In this document: piece after piece, positions 53,402 to 62,440 of the stretch
Numbering within the stretch: the first letter of the stretch is position 1
Layout of the letters: each line of letters begins with the position of its first letter
The notes under the pieces: model-generated
Database searches by the model: none
Told to the model about the DNA's origin: nothing
Seen by the model: only the letters and a program-made list of their open reading frames with translations
Program-made: the position numbers and the translations under genes
DNA from: Anaeromyxobacter sp.
Lineage (GTDB): Bacteria; Myxococcota; Myxococcia; Myxococcales; Anaeromyxobacteraceae
Reading direction: 5' to 3'
Assembly (NCBI GenBank): GCA_049840735.1
Contig: JASGJN010000020.1
Location: 672,001 to 736,000 of the forward strand
DNA: 64,000 nucleotides

Positions 53402-55489
53402 ATGCGTGGCTTCCGGAACATGATCCTGCTGGCCCTGCTCGCCCCCGCCGCCGCCTTGGCCTCCGAGGCGCCGCCCGCGCCGTCCGCCATGCCCTCCCCC
53501 GAGGAGCTGGCGCCGCTCCTCATCCCCGAGCTGCCGGCCCGGCAGACCACGCTGGCCGGCGATCTGGACCGGGCCTGCCAGGTCCTGTCCGGCGAGGCCG
53601 CGCGCGCCCGGCTCGCCTCCCGCGGGAGCCAGCGGATCCTGGCCTCGGCCGAGGCCAGCCTCACCTACGCCGGCCTGCGCCACGCCTGCGACGCCGTGCT
53701 GGGGGTGGCGCCGGCCTTCACCGAGGAGGACATGGCGGCGCTGGAGGCCTTCCAGCGCGCCCCGTCGCTCTACCGCGAGGCGCTCCAGAAGGAGTTCCAG
53801 GACCAGGGTGGCGAGCCCCAGGGGCCGACCGCGCTGGCCACCTCGCTGGGCGGGCTGGCCGCCAACGTGGTGAACGGCCTGGCCGACTTCCTCTACGACC
53901 GCGCCAAGCTGGAGGCGGCCACCTACCTGCGCCAGCAGCTCACCGCCGAGCTGTGCCAGGAGGCGCGCCGGCCCTTCCTCCCCGCCACCTGCGCGGCGTT
54001 CGAGTCCGCCGACCTGACCATCTCGCTGGGCGCCATCGGCTCCTATCTGGTCTCGGCGGCGCGCAGGGACCTGCGCCAGCTCCCGGACACCGCCCTGGTC
54101 TACGGCCTGCATGCGCTGCCCCCGGAGCAGCGGGCCGGCCGAGACCTGCTCTTCGGCGGGCGCCTCGGGCTGGCCTACTACTGGGCGGTGGCCGGCGGGC
54201 GGACCCCGCTCGACGTGGGGCGCTCCCTCCACGCCCTGCGCCCGGCGCACGTGCCCGCCCCGGAGCTGCTGGAGGCCCTGGTGCTCACCTCGCAGCTGGT
54301 GGACGCCATCACGCAGCAGGCCGGCTGGGAGAAGCTCGAGCCGACCCGCTTCCCGACGCTGGCGCGCTGCCACGTGGCCGCGGTGCTGCTGACGGTGCGC
54401 GGCATGCCCGCCGACGAGGGGCGGCCGCTGGACCTCTCCACGGCCGAGCGGTTCAGCAAGGCCAGCCGCCAGGCCGGCGCCGTGCTGGACCTCGTCGCCG
54501 ACCTGGCCGCGCTCAAGGGCGAGGCGGACCGGCTGGCCGACGCTCTCCGCGAGCGCACCCGGCCGGCCGCGGCGGCCGACTTCTCCAGCATGGAGGACGT
54601 GGCGAAGGCCCCGGTCGGCGGGACCGCCACCGGCCGCGACTACGCCGTGCTGGCCACGCGCTTCCTGGGCGTGGTGGTGCGCGACGGCACCGCGCTGGCG
54701 GGCAGGCTGGGGCCGGCGGCGCCGGACGAGCCGCGGCTCCAGGCGCTGCCGCACGTGGCGGGGTTCGGCGAGCAGCTGGTGACCGCGGTGGACGCACAGC
54801 AGTACGACCCCAGCGCCATGGCCGTCGCGGCGGTCTCCCTGCTGGAGGGGCTCGACGCCGAGCTGGCGCGCGCCCACCTGCCCCGGGTGCTGAAGCTGCC
54901 CGAGCCCGTCCGCCAGGCCGTCCCCTTCATCGCGCAGCTGGCGCAGGCGAAGTCGGCGGACGAGGCGCGGGCGGTGATCGAGGCCGCGGCGGTGCCGGCC
55001 GGCGCCTACCGGGACCGGTATCGCAAGCCGGTGGTGGCGCTCGGCTCCTTCGTGGGCGTCTCCGGCGGCGCCGAGGCGGTGAAGCTGCACGGCACGGAGT
55101 GGAGCGGCGTGGCCGGCCCCTTCGCGCCGGTGGGGCTCACCGCCACCTGGCCCAGGTGCGGCGGCGCCTGCCACCTGGGCGTGATGGTCTCGGTGCTCAA
55201 CGTGGGCGCGCTGGTTTCCACCCGCTTCCAGGCGGACACCAGCACCTCCGGCGGGGAGACGAAGACGGTGGGCAACGACACCACCGTGGAGTGGGCCAAC
55301 GTCCTCACGCCGGGCGTGTTCGGCACGGTGGGGATCGGGCGCAGCCCGTTCACGCTCGGCGCCGGGCTGCAGGTCCTGCCGGCCCGGCAGGTGGAGATCA
55401 CCGACGGCAGCGGCACGCGCAGCAGCACCACGCCCGCCGTGCAGGGGCTGGTCTTCCTGGGCGTGGACGTGCCCATCTTCGCGTTCTGA
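53402..55489 (+). CDS. Large exported hypothetical protein with helical body and C-terminal beta-rich segment ending in Phe
   Basis: GGAGGAG RBS, signal peptide ..PAAALA-SE, C-terminus GLVFLGVDVPIFAF. Alternative ATG at 53381 overlaps the S8 stop. Confidence 0.8.
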   Translation: MRGFRNMILLALLAPAAALASEAPPAPSAMPSPEELAPLLIPELPARQTTLAGDLDRACQVLSGEAARARLASRGSQRILASAEASLTYAGLRHACDAVLGVAPAFTEEDMAALEAFQRAPSLYREALQKEFQDQGGEPQGPTALATSLGGLAANVVNGLADFLYDRAKLEAATYLRQQLTAELCQEARRPFLPATCAAFESADLTISLGAIGSYLVSAARRDLRQLPDTALVYGLHALPPEQRAGRDLLFGGRLGLAYYWAVAGGRTPLDVGRSLHALRPAHVPAPELLEALVLTSQLVDAITQQAGWEKLEPTRFPTLARCHVAAVLLTVRGMPADEGRPLDLSTAERFSKASRQAGAVLDLVADLAALKGEADRLADALRERTRPAAAADFSSMEDVAKAPVGGTATGRDYAVLATRFLGVVVRDGTALAGRLGPAAPDEPRLQALPHVAGFGEQLVTAVDAQQYDPSAMAVAAVSLLEGLDAELARAHLPRVLKLPEPVRQAVPFIAQLAQAKSADEARAVIEAAAVPAGAYRDRYRKPVVALGSFVGVSGGAEAVKLHGTEWSGVAGPFAPVGLTATWPRCGGACHLGVMVSVLNVGALVSTRFQADTSTSGGETKTVGNDTTVEWANVLTPGVFGTVGIGRSPFTLGAGLQVLPARQVEITDGSGTRSSTTPAVQGLVFLGVDVPIFAF

Positions 55490-55503
55490 GCGGGGCGCCC
55501 GGC

Positions 55504-56790
55504 TCAGCTCGTCGGCGGACCGAAGCTGCGCTCGAACAGCGCCCGGATGGCCTCGCGGCCGGCCTCGTCCAGCGCGCGGGTCCCGGCGCCGGCGAACCGC
55601 TCCTGCGTGATCACCGGCGGCGGCTCGGCCTGCCAGTCCTGCCCGTCCCAGCGCAGCCAGCAGCGCTGGTCCAGGTCGAACAGGTGCACCGGCCGGTCCC
55701 AGTGACGGGCCAGCTCCACGGCCCAGCCGGTGCCGCCGTGGGCGGTCCGGTCCTCGCCGACGGTGCCCACCGCGAAGACCTCGCCGGCGGTGCTCACCTG
55801 GTGCCAGATGGCCTGCAGCACCGGGCGCAGCTCGGGCCGCCCGGCCAGCGCGCGGTGCAGGTGGGCCTCGACGTAGACCGCGCTCACGTCGCCCAGCCGC
55901 AGCTCGTCCCCGGTCAGCTCGACCTGCCCGCGGGTCCGGACCGGGGCCTCGCGGCCGGCGAAGGTGTAGTTCACCTCCTGCACGCCCCAGCGCTCGGCGC
56001 AGGCGCCGAAGGCCGCCTCCGCGCCGGCGGAGCCGAGGGCCAGCAGCGTGCACTCCTCCGGGCGCAGCGCCGGCTCCGGCCCCAGGTCCTGCCCCGGCGA
56101 GCGCAGCGCCCCGGCCTCCACCACCAGGTGCACGTCCGAGCCGGGGTAGCGGTCGAAGTCCTTCACCAGCGTGAGCCGGGCCTGGGGGCCGTGCGGCTCC
56201 AGCAGCAGGGCCACGTCCACCAGCCCGGCGCAGCCGTCGGAGAGCGGCGCCGGACGCGCCGGCCCGGTCCGCTCGTGCGGGAGCGCCTCGCGGGCGGTCA
56301 TCCAGGCCTCCGCGCCGATGCGGGCCGCGGCGGCCTTCACGGTGCGGAGCACCTCCTCCGCCCCGGGCTCGTCCCAGCCGAAGCCCTCCACCAGCAGCGT
56401 GGTGGGGTCGTGGCCGGCGCTGGCGCGGAACGCGGCCAGGGCCTCGTCCAGCGCCCGGGCGCAGTCGCCGTCCATCGAGGACCAGATGAGCCGGCGGCGG
56501 ACCACGCCGTCGCGCACGCCCTCCCGGTCCTTGAGGTCCACCCGCCGCGCCAGCTCCTCGAAGTGGGCGTCGTAGCGGGTGCAGACGTGGTCCACCGGCT
56601 GGCGGACCGCCAGGTGCAGCACGGCCCGCCCGCGCAGCAGGGCGTCGAGCCCCAGCTGCACCAGGCAGGCCGATTTGCCGATCCCTGCAGGCGCCAGGAT
56701 GACCCCCAGGTGACCCTTGCCGAGCCCGCCGCGGATGCTGCGGTCGAGGATCCGCAGCGGGCTCTGGAGGATCGCTTCCTGGCGGAGCAT
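55504..56790 (-). CDS. KaiC/RecA-like P-loop ATPase fused to a SLOG-like domain
   Basis: LDRSIRGGLGKG..APAGIGKS; C-terminal LGSAGAEAAF, GGTGWAVELA..RPVHLFD, FAGAGTR. Confidence 0.72.
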   Translation of the reverse strand: MLRQEAILQSPLRILDRSIRGGLGKGHLGVILAPAGIGKSACLVQLGLDALLRGRAVLHLAVRQPVDHVCTRYDAHFEELARRVDLKDREGVRDGVVRRRLIWSSMDGDCARALDEALAAFRASAGHDPTTLLVEGFGWDEPGAEEVLRTVKAAAARIGAEAWMTAREALPHERTGPARPAPLSDGCAGLVDVALLLEPHGPQARLTLVKDFDRYPGSDVHLVVEAGALRSPGQDLGPEPALRPEECTLLALGSAGAEAAFGACAERWGVQEVNYTFAGREAPVRTRGQVELTGDELRLGDVSAVYVEAHLHRALAGRPELRPVLQAIWHQVSTAGEVFAVGTVGEDRTAHGGTGWAVELARHWDRPVHLFDLDQRCWLRWDGQDWQAEPPPVITQERFAGAGTRALDEAGREAIRALFERSFGPPTS

Positions 56791-56806
56791 GGCGCCAGCG
56801 GCGGCC

Positions 56807-58891
56807 CTACTTCTTGGCGGCCGCCTTCTCCTTCTGGGCCTTGAGCATCAGCTCCTCGGCCATGGCCGCCGGCACCGGCAGGTAGCGCGAGAACTCCATG
56901 CTGAACTCCGCCTTGCCCTGCGTGGAGGAGCGGAGCGTGGTGGAGTAGCCGAACATCTCGGCCAGCGGGACCTCTGCCTCGATGCGGGCCAGGCCGCCGT
57001 CGTCCTGCGAGCCGATGATCATGGCGCGGCGCTGCATCAGCGTGCCCAGGATGCCGCCGGAGAACTCCGCCGGCCCCTCGACCACCACCCGCATGATGGG
57101 CTCGAGCAGGCGCGGCTTGGCGCGGTCGAAGCCCTCGCGCCAGGCGCCGCGGGCGGCCTCCTGGAAGGCGATGTCCGACGAGTCGACCGCGTGGCTGGCG
57201 CCGTCGTTGATGACGACGCGCACGTTGACGACCGGGAAGCCGAGCAGGCGGCCCTTGCCCTGCATGGAGCGGAAGCCCTTCTCCACGGCGGAGATGAACT
57301 CGCGCGGGATGGCGCCGCCGACCACGTCGTCCACGAACTCGAACTGCTGCTCGCACGGCTCGAGGTAGCCGCACACGCGGCCGAACTGGCCGGAGCCGCC
57401 GGTCTGCTTCTTGTGCGTGTAGGCGAACTCGGCGCGCTGGCTGACGGTCTCGCGGTACGCCACCTGCGGCGGCGACACCTCGACGACCGCGTTGTACTCG
57501 CGCTTCATGCGCTCGATGTAGACCTCGAGGTGCAGCTCACCCATGCCGCGGATGATGGTCTCGGCGCTCTCCTCGTCCACGCCGGCGCGGAAGGTCGGGT
57601 CCTCGCGGGTGAACCGCCGAAGCGCCTTGGCCATGTTGGCCTCGCTCTTGGCGTCCACCGGCTTGATGGCGAGCCCGATCACCGGCTCCGGCACGTGCAT
57701 CGAGGTCATGTTGATCTTGACCGTGCCGTCGGTGAAGGTGTCGCCCGAGTTGCACTCGATGCCGAACATGGCGACGATGTCGCCCGCGCCGGCGGCGTCG
57801 ATGTCCTCCATCTCGTCCGAGTGCATGCGGACGAGGCGGCCGACGCGGTGGTCCTTCTTGGTGCGCATGTTCGTGATGAACATGTCGCGCGCCAGCTTGC
57901 CCTGGTAGATGCGCAGGTAGGTCAGCTGCCCGTAGCGGCCGTCCTCCAGCTTGAAGGCCAGGGCCACCGTCGGCTTCTGGGTGTCGATCACCAGGCGGAC
58001 CTTCTCCTCGTCCTTGGTGAGGTCGTGCCCCTCGTTGACCACCTCGGTGGGATCCGGGAGGTAGTCGACCACGCCGTCGAGCAGCTTCTGGACGGCCTTG
58101 TTCTTGTAGGCCGAGCCCATGAAGACCGGCGTGAGCTTGAGCGAGAGCGTGCCCTTGCGGATGGCGGCCTTGATCAGGTCCTCGGTGACGCGCTCCTCGA
58201 GGATGGCCTCGGTCAGCTCGTCGGAGAACATGGAGGCGGCGTCCAGCATCTCCTCGCGCGCCTTCAGGGCCTCCTCCATCATCGCGGCCGGGATCTCGGA
58301 CTCGGTGATCTCCTCACCGTCCTTGCCGGAGAAGCGGACCGCCTTCATCTTGACCAGGTCGATCACGCCCTCGAACTTGTCCTCGAGGCCGATGGGGAGC
58401 TGCATCAGCACCGGGTTGTGCTGGAGCTTCTCGCGGAGCTGGTCCTTGACCCGCAGCGGGTTGGCGCCGGAGCGGTCGCACTTGTTGACGAACGCCAGGC
58501 GCGGGACGTTGTAGCGCCGCATCTGGCGGTCCACGGTGAGCGACTGGCTCTGGACGCCGGCCACGGCGCAGAGCACCAGGATGGCGCCGTCGAGCACGCG
58601 CAGGGAGCGCTCCACCTCGATGGTGAAGTCGACGTGCCCGGGGGTGTCGATGATGTTGAAGTGGAGCCCCTTCCACTCGCAGTGCGTCGCGGCGGAGGCG
58701 ATGGTGATGCCGCGCTCACGCTCGAGCTCCATCGAGTCCATCTTGGCGCCGACGCCGTCCTTGCCCTTCACCTCGTGGATGGCGTGGATCCGGTTCGTGT
58801 AGAACAGGATCCGCTCCGTCAGCGTGGTCTTCCCGCTGTCGATGTGGGCCGAGATGCCGATGTTCCGGAGCTTCGAGAAATCCGTGTACAC
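56807..58891 (-). CDS. fusA: Elongation factor G (outside the str operon)
   Basis: [53 protein letters not shown]. Confidence 0.97.
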   Translation of the reverse strand: MYTDFSKLRNIGISAHIDSGKTTLTERILFYTNRIHAIHEVKGKDGVGAKMDSMELERERGITIASAATHCEWKGLHFNIIDTPGHVDFTIEVERSLRVLDGAILVLCAVAGVQSQSLTVDRQMRRYNVPRLAFVNKCDRSGANPLRVKDQLREKLQHNPVLMQLPIGLEDKFEGVIDLVKMKAVRFSGKDGEEITESEIPAAMMEEALKAREEMLDAASMFSDELTEAILEERVTEDLIKAAIRKGTLSLKLTPVFMGSAYKNKAVQKLLDGVVDYLPDPTEVVNEGHDLTKDEEKVRLVIDTQKPTVALAFKLEDGRYGQLTYLRIYQGKLARDMFITNMRTKKDHRVGRLVRMHSDEMEDIDAAGAGDIVAMFGIECNSGDTFTDGTVKINMTSMHVPEPVIGLAIKPVDAKSEANMAKALRRFTREDPTFRAGVDEESAETIIRGMGELHLEVYIERMKREYNAVVEVSPPQVAYRETVSQRAEFAYTHKKQTGGSGQFGRVCGYLEPCEQQFEFVDDVVGGAIPREFISAVEKGFRSMQGKGRLLGFPVVNVRVVINDGASHAVDSSDIAFQEAARGAWREGFDRAKPRLLEPIMRVVVEGPAEFSGGILGTLMQRRAMIIGSQDDGGLARIEAEVPLAEMFGYSTTLRSSTQGKAEFSMEFSRYLPVPAAMAEELMLKAQKEKAAAKK

Positions 58892-59320
58892 GTCTTACCT
58901 CCACCAGCGGGGGCGGACCGACCAACATGGCCGAATCGGTTGCGCGGCAGCGCTCGCCCGGATGTCCAGCGGGCCAGCATTCGACACCGCTCGCGTCGCG
59001 CCCTTCGCTGCTGGCCGAGACCACCGGTTTGCGGCGAAGGGTGCGAAAACCAGCGCCTTTCACCCACCTCTCCGGGCGTGGCGCGCGCGCACCCTGGCAC
59101 AAACGATCGCGTAATGCAACTCACCCCCCGCCGGCAGCGGCGGGCACGCCGGGTGGCGGGGCCCGGCGGGCGGGAAAACCGAGCGGCGGCGCCAGTATCC
59201 CGCCTCGGCGAGCGGACCGGGGAGGCGGCCGGCAGCTCGGCCCCCGGCACGGCCGCCCGGAGTTGGGCGGAGGGGCCGCGCCCGGCCTCGTGGGCGCGTC
59301 GCGGGGCTCACGAACGACGA

Positions 59321-59343
59321 GGGCCCGGCCAATGGCCGGGCCC
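59321..59343 (-). terminator. Hairpin downstream of the cold-shock gene
   Basis: GGGCCCGGCC-AAT-GGCCGGGCCC perfect 10-bp stem, 30 nt after the stop; weak U tract. Confidence 0.55.
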
Positions 59344-59373
59344 CCGGGCGCCGCTGGATCGCTACTGCGCGAT

Positions 59374-59577
59374 CTAGAGCGGGCGGACGTTCGCGGCCTG
59401 CAGCCCCTTGGGGCCGCGGGCGACGTCGAACTCCACCTTCTGCCCCTCGGCGAGCGTGCGGAAGCCGTCGGCCTGGATGGCAGTGTGGTGGCAGAAGACG
59501 TCCTCGCCGCCGCCGTCCTGCGTGATGAAGCCGAAGCCCTTCGCGTCGTTGAACCACTTCACGGTACCGGTAGCCAT
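59374..59577 (-). CDS. cspA: Cold-shock protein
   Basis: [37 protein letters not shown]. Confidence 0.96.
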   Translation of the reverse strand: MATGTVKWFNDAKGFGFITQDGGGEDVFCHHTAIQADGFRTLAEGQKVEFDVARGPKGLQAANVRPL

Positions 59578-59852
59578 GTGTCGATGATGCTCTTTTCTCT
59601 CTGTTTACGCTCGGCAGTGAGTGCCGCGCGCGACTGCGCCCCCGCCGGAGCGGACAGGGATGCGTGGGTGTAGCCGAAATGAAGCCGCATGTCCAACCAA
59701 CGCCCCGGATGACCGCATGCGGTCCAGCGGAGGCGGGTCCCCGGACCCTGCCTGCGGACTTCCCAGGCGCGACCTCGACGTGTAACTTGATCGTTCGCGA
59801 AGACCTCCGTTCTCCCGACGGTCGCCCCCCGCGATGGGAAGGGCTGACCTTG

Positions 59853-60158
59853 GTGAAGAAGTTCACGACAGGGATGCTGGTACGCCACACCACGCTCGGC
59901 GTGGGGCGGGTCGTCGCAGTGGAGAAGACCGCGGTCCACGTCTACTTCGCCGGCGCGGAGACGCGGCAGGCCAGCAAGCTGAGCCTGGCGGTCGCCGGCC
60001 CGCTGCTCGAGCCGGATCCGGGCGCGCAGGACGAGCGCCTGGAGGGGCTCCCGGGGTTCTCGCTGGATCCGGTCAGCGGTCGCTACGTGGCCGAGAAGGT
60101 GCGCGGCGAGGCCAAGCCGCGGAAGAAGAAGGCCAAGGCCAAGACCGCGGAGAGCTGA
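59853..60158 (+). CDS. Small protein with SH3/Tudor-like N-terminus (resembles PcrA C-terminus/DUF3553) and Lys-rich tail
   Basis: FTTGMLVRHTTLGVGRVVAV..VHVYF; tail KPRKKKAKAK. Start may be TTG 59850. Confidence 0.65.
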   Translation: MKKFTTGMLVRHTTLGVGRVVAVEKTAVHVYFAGAETRQASKLSLAVAGPLLEPDPGAQDERLEGLPGFSLDPVSGRYVAEKVRGEAKPRKKKAKAKTAES

Positions 60159-60214
60159 GCCCTCCGTCCAGCCTGCTATCCTCCTGGCGTGCGGCCAGGG
60201 GAGGAGCGGCGCCG

Positions 60215-62437
60215 GTGATCCACGTCTTTCGCCTCGGTCCGATGGCGGCGTCCGGCGGCGCCTCGACGTACACGTACGTCGGCGTCAGCGAGGGCGGCGA
60301 GCCCCGCGTCCGCGAGGCCCCCAGCGACGAGCTCGGCATCGGGAGCCTGGCCGGCGAGGCGCTGGGCCAGCCGCTCTCGCTCGAGCCGGCGCTGGCCGAG
60401 GTGGCGCAGCGGCTGGGACACACCAGCGGATTGCTGCCGCCCGAGGTGCTCAAGCTGCGCGCCATCGTGGCCTTCGAGCTGGCCAGCGGCATCCAGCAGG
60501 GCGCCTCGCGGCGCGACGCGGTGGCCGCCTTCCTGGAGGGCGCTGCCGCCTTCTGGAGCGCGCGCTCCTGGGAGGTGGTCGCGCCGGAGGAGCGGCTGGC
60601 GGTCGCCTTCCTGGAAGGGCACGGCGAGGTGGACGGCGAGCTCTCGGTGGTGGGCGGCGACGGAATGCGCCACCCCGGCGTCGCGCTCTGCGACGCCCGC
60701 GCCGCGCTGGAGGAGCTGGCGCGCCTGGAGGGCGACGCCCGCGCCGAGGCGGCGCTGCGCCTGGCCAACCTCACCGTGGACATGGAGCGCGACCCGGCCT
60801 GGGCCACCGAGGCGCTGGAGGAGGGGCTGGGCCTGCCGCGGGTCCCGGCGGTGACCCGCAACCGGGGCGGGCCGGCGCCGGTGGTCACGCAGGACCTGGT
60901 GGTCGCGGCGGCGCTGCTCCAGGCCATCGCGGCCTTCACCAGGCTGGAGGAGGAGGGGGGCGTCGCGGAGGGGCTGGCGCAGGCGGCGGGGATGAAGGTC
61001 ACGGCGCGGGTCCGGCCCTCCGGCCAGCTGCCGGCCAGGCCGGTCGAGGGGCTGACGCCGGTGAGCGCCGCGCCCGGACCGGCGCCCACCGCAGCGCCGG
61101 AGCCCAAGGCGGCGCCTCCACCCGCCGTACCCAGGGCCGAGCCCGGGCCGGTGGAGCCCGCCGAGCCGCAGCCGCAGCCCACGCCGGCGAGCCCGTCGGC
61201 CGCCGGGCCCCAGCTCACGCCTGCCCCCTCTCCCGAGGAGCCGAAGCTCGCGCCGCTCGCGTCCGCCACGGCGGCGGCCCCGGCCACGCAGGCGCCCAGC
61301 GCCAGCCCGGCCCCCGCGGCCGGCGAGCCGCCCTCCCCTGCCGGGCGCGAAGGCTGGCTGGCCCGCGCCCTGCGCTCGCTCCGCCGCGGAGGATCCGGCG
61401 CGCCGGCAGCGGCGCCTGCGCACCTCGCGCCGCGCGCGCCTCCCCGCCCTGCCCGCAGCGCGCCCGCCGCGCGCCCTCGCCCGTCCGCGCCGCCTCCTCC
61501 GTCCGGGCCGGCCGCCGTCGAGGGCGATCCCTTCGCCCCCTTCGCGCAGGCCCTGCGGCTCGAGCTCCCCTCCCCGCCTCCACCCCCGCCCCCCGGCGAC
61601 GAGGCCGCGCTGGCCGAGCTGGCCGCGCACCTCGTCGAGGGAGCCGGCGCCGCCGCGGCGCTGGTCTCCTTCCCGGCCATCGCGCTGCAGATCGTCGAGC
61701 GGGTCCACGATCCGAAGGCAGACGCGCGCGGCGTGGCCGGCTTCGTGTCGCGAGACCCCGCCCTCTCCGCCGACGTGGTCTCGGTCGCCAACTCGGCCGC
61801 GTTCCGCGGCGTCTCGGAGATCGAGTCGGTGCACGACGCGGTGGCGCGGCTGGGGCTGGCCGAGGTGGGCCGGGTGGCCAGCGCCGTCGCCGCCCGCAAG
61901 GTGCTCGCGCCGGGGAAGGGAGCGGATCCCGCCGCCGCGGAGCTCTTCATCCGGGCGGTGGCGGTGGCGACGGCGGCCTCGTCCGCCGCGCTGCGGCAGC
62001 GCGGGGCCCGCACCGACCACGTCTGGCTGGGCGGCCTGCTCCACGACGTCGGGCGCGCGCTGGCGCGGCAGCTCCTGGCGCAGGTGTCCTCCGGCCCGGG
62101 GGCGCACCTCACCCCGGTGGCCCTCACGCACCAGGTGGTCGAGCGCGTCCACGTGCAGGTGGGCGTGGCAGCCATCCGGCGCTGGGCGCTGCCGGCCTAC
62201 CTGCTGGAGATGTGCGCCCACCACCACGACGAGGCCATCCCGGCCGAGCAGGTGGACCTGCACCTGGTCCGGCTGGTCTCGGCCCTCGCCAGCCTGGGCG
62301 ATCCGCTCACCGCGGCCCGCTCCGCCCGCGAGCTGGTCCAGAGCGCGGCCGCCTTGCAGCTGGGCCCGCCCGCCGTGCGCGCGCTTGCCACCGAGCTCAA
62401 GGCGGCGGACGCGCGCGCCCGGACGCTGGCGGGCTGA
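60215..62437 (+). CDS. HDOD domain protein with uncharacterised N-terminal domain and Pro/Ala-rich linker
   Basis: GAGGAG RBS; SFPAIALQI, RDPALSADVVSVANSA, AVARLG, GGLLHDVG, WALP, AHHH. Confidence 0.82.
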   Translation: MIHVFRLGPMAASGGASTYTYVGVSEGGEPRVREAPSDELGIGSLAGEALGQPLSLEPALAEVAQRLGHTSGLLPPEVLKLRAIVAFELASGIQQGASRRDAVAAFLEGAAAFWSARSWEVVAPEERLAVAFLEGHGEVDGELSVVGGDGMRHPGVALCDARAALEELARLEGDARAEAALRLANLTVDMERDPAWATEALEEGLGLPRVPAVTRNRGGPAPVVTQDLVVAAALLQAIAAFTRLEEEGGVAEGLAQAAGMKVTARVRPSGQLPARPVEGLTPVSAAPGPAPTAAPEPKAAPPPAVPRAEPGPVEPAEPQPQPTPASPSAAGPQLTPAPSPEEPKLAPLASATAAAPATQAPSASPAPAAGEPPSPAGREGWLARALRSLRRGGSGAPAAAPAHLAPRAPPRPARSAPAARPRPSAPPPPSGPAAVEGDPFAPFAQALRLELPSPPPPPPPGDEAALAELAAHLVEGAGAAAALVSFPAIALQIVERVHDPKADARGVAGFVSRDPALSADVVSVANSAAFRGVSEIESVHDAVARLGLAEVGRVASAVAARKVLAPGKGADPAAAELFIRAVAVATAASSAALRQRGARTDHVWLGGLLHDVGRALARQLLAQVSSGPGAHLTPVALTHQVVERVHVQVGVAAIRRWALPAYLLEMCAHHHDEAIPAEQVDLHLVRLVSALASLGDPLTAARSARELVQSAAALQLGPPAVRALATELKAADARARTLAG

Positions 62438-62440
62438 GCG

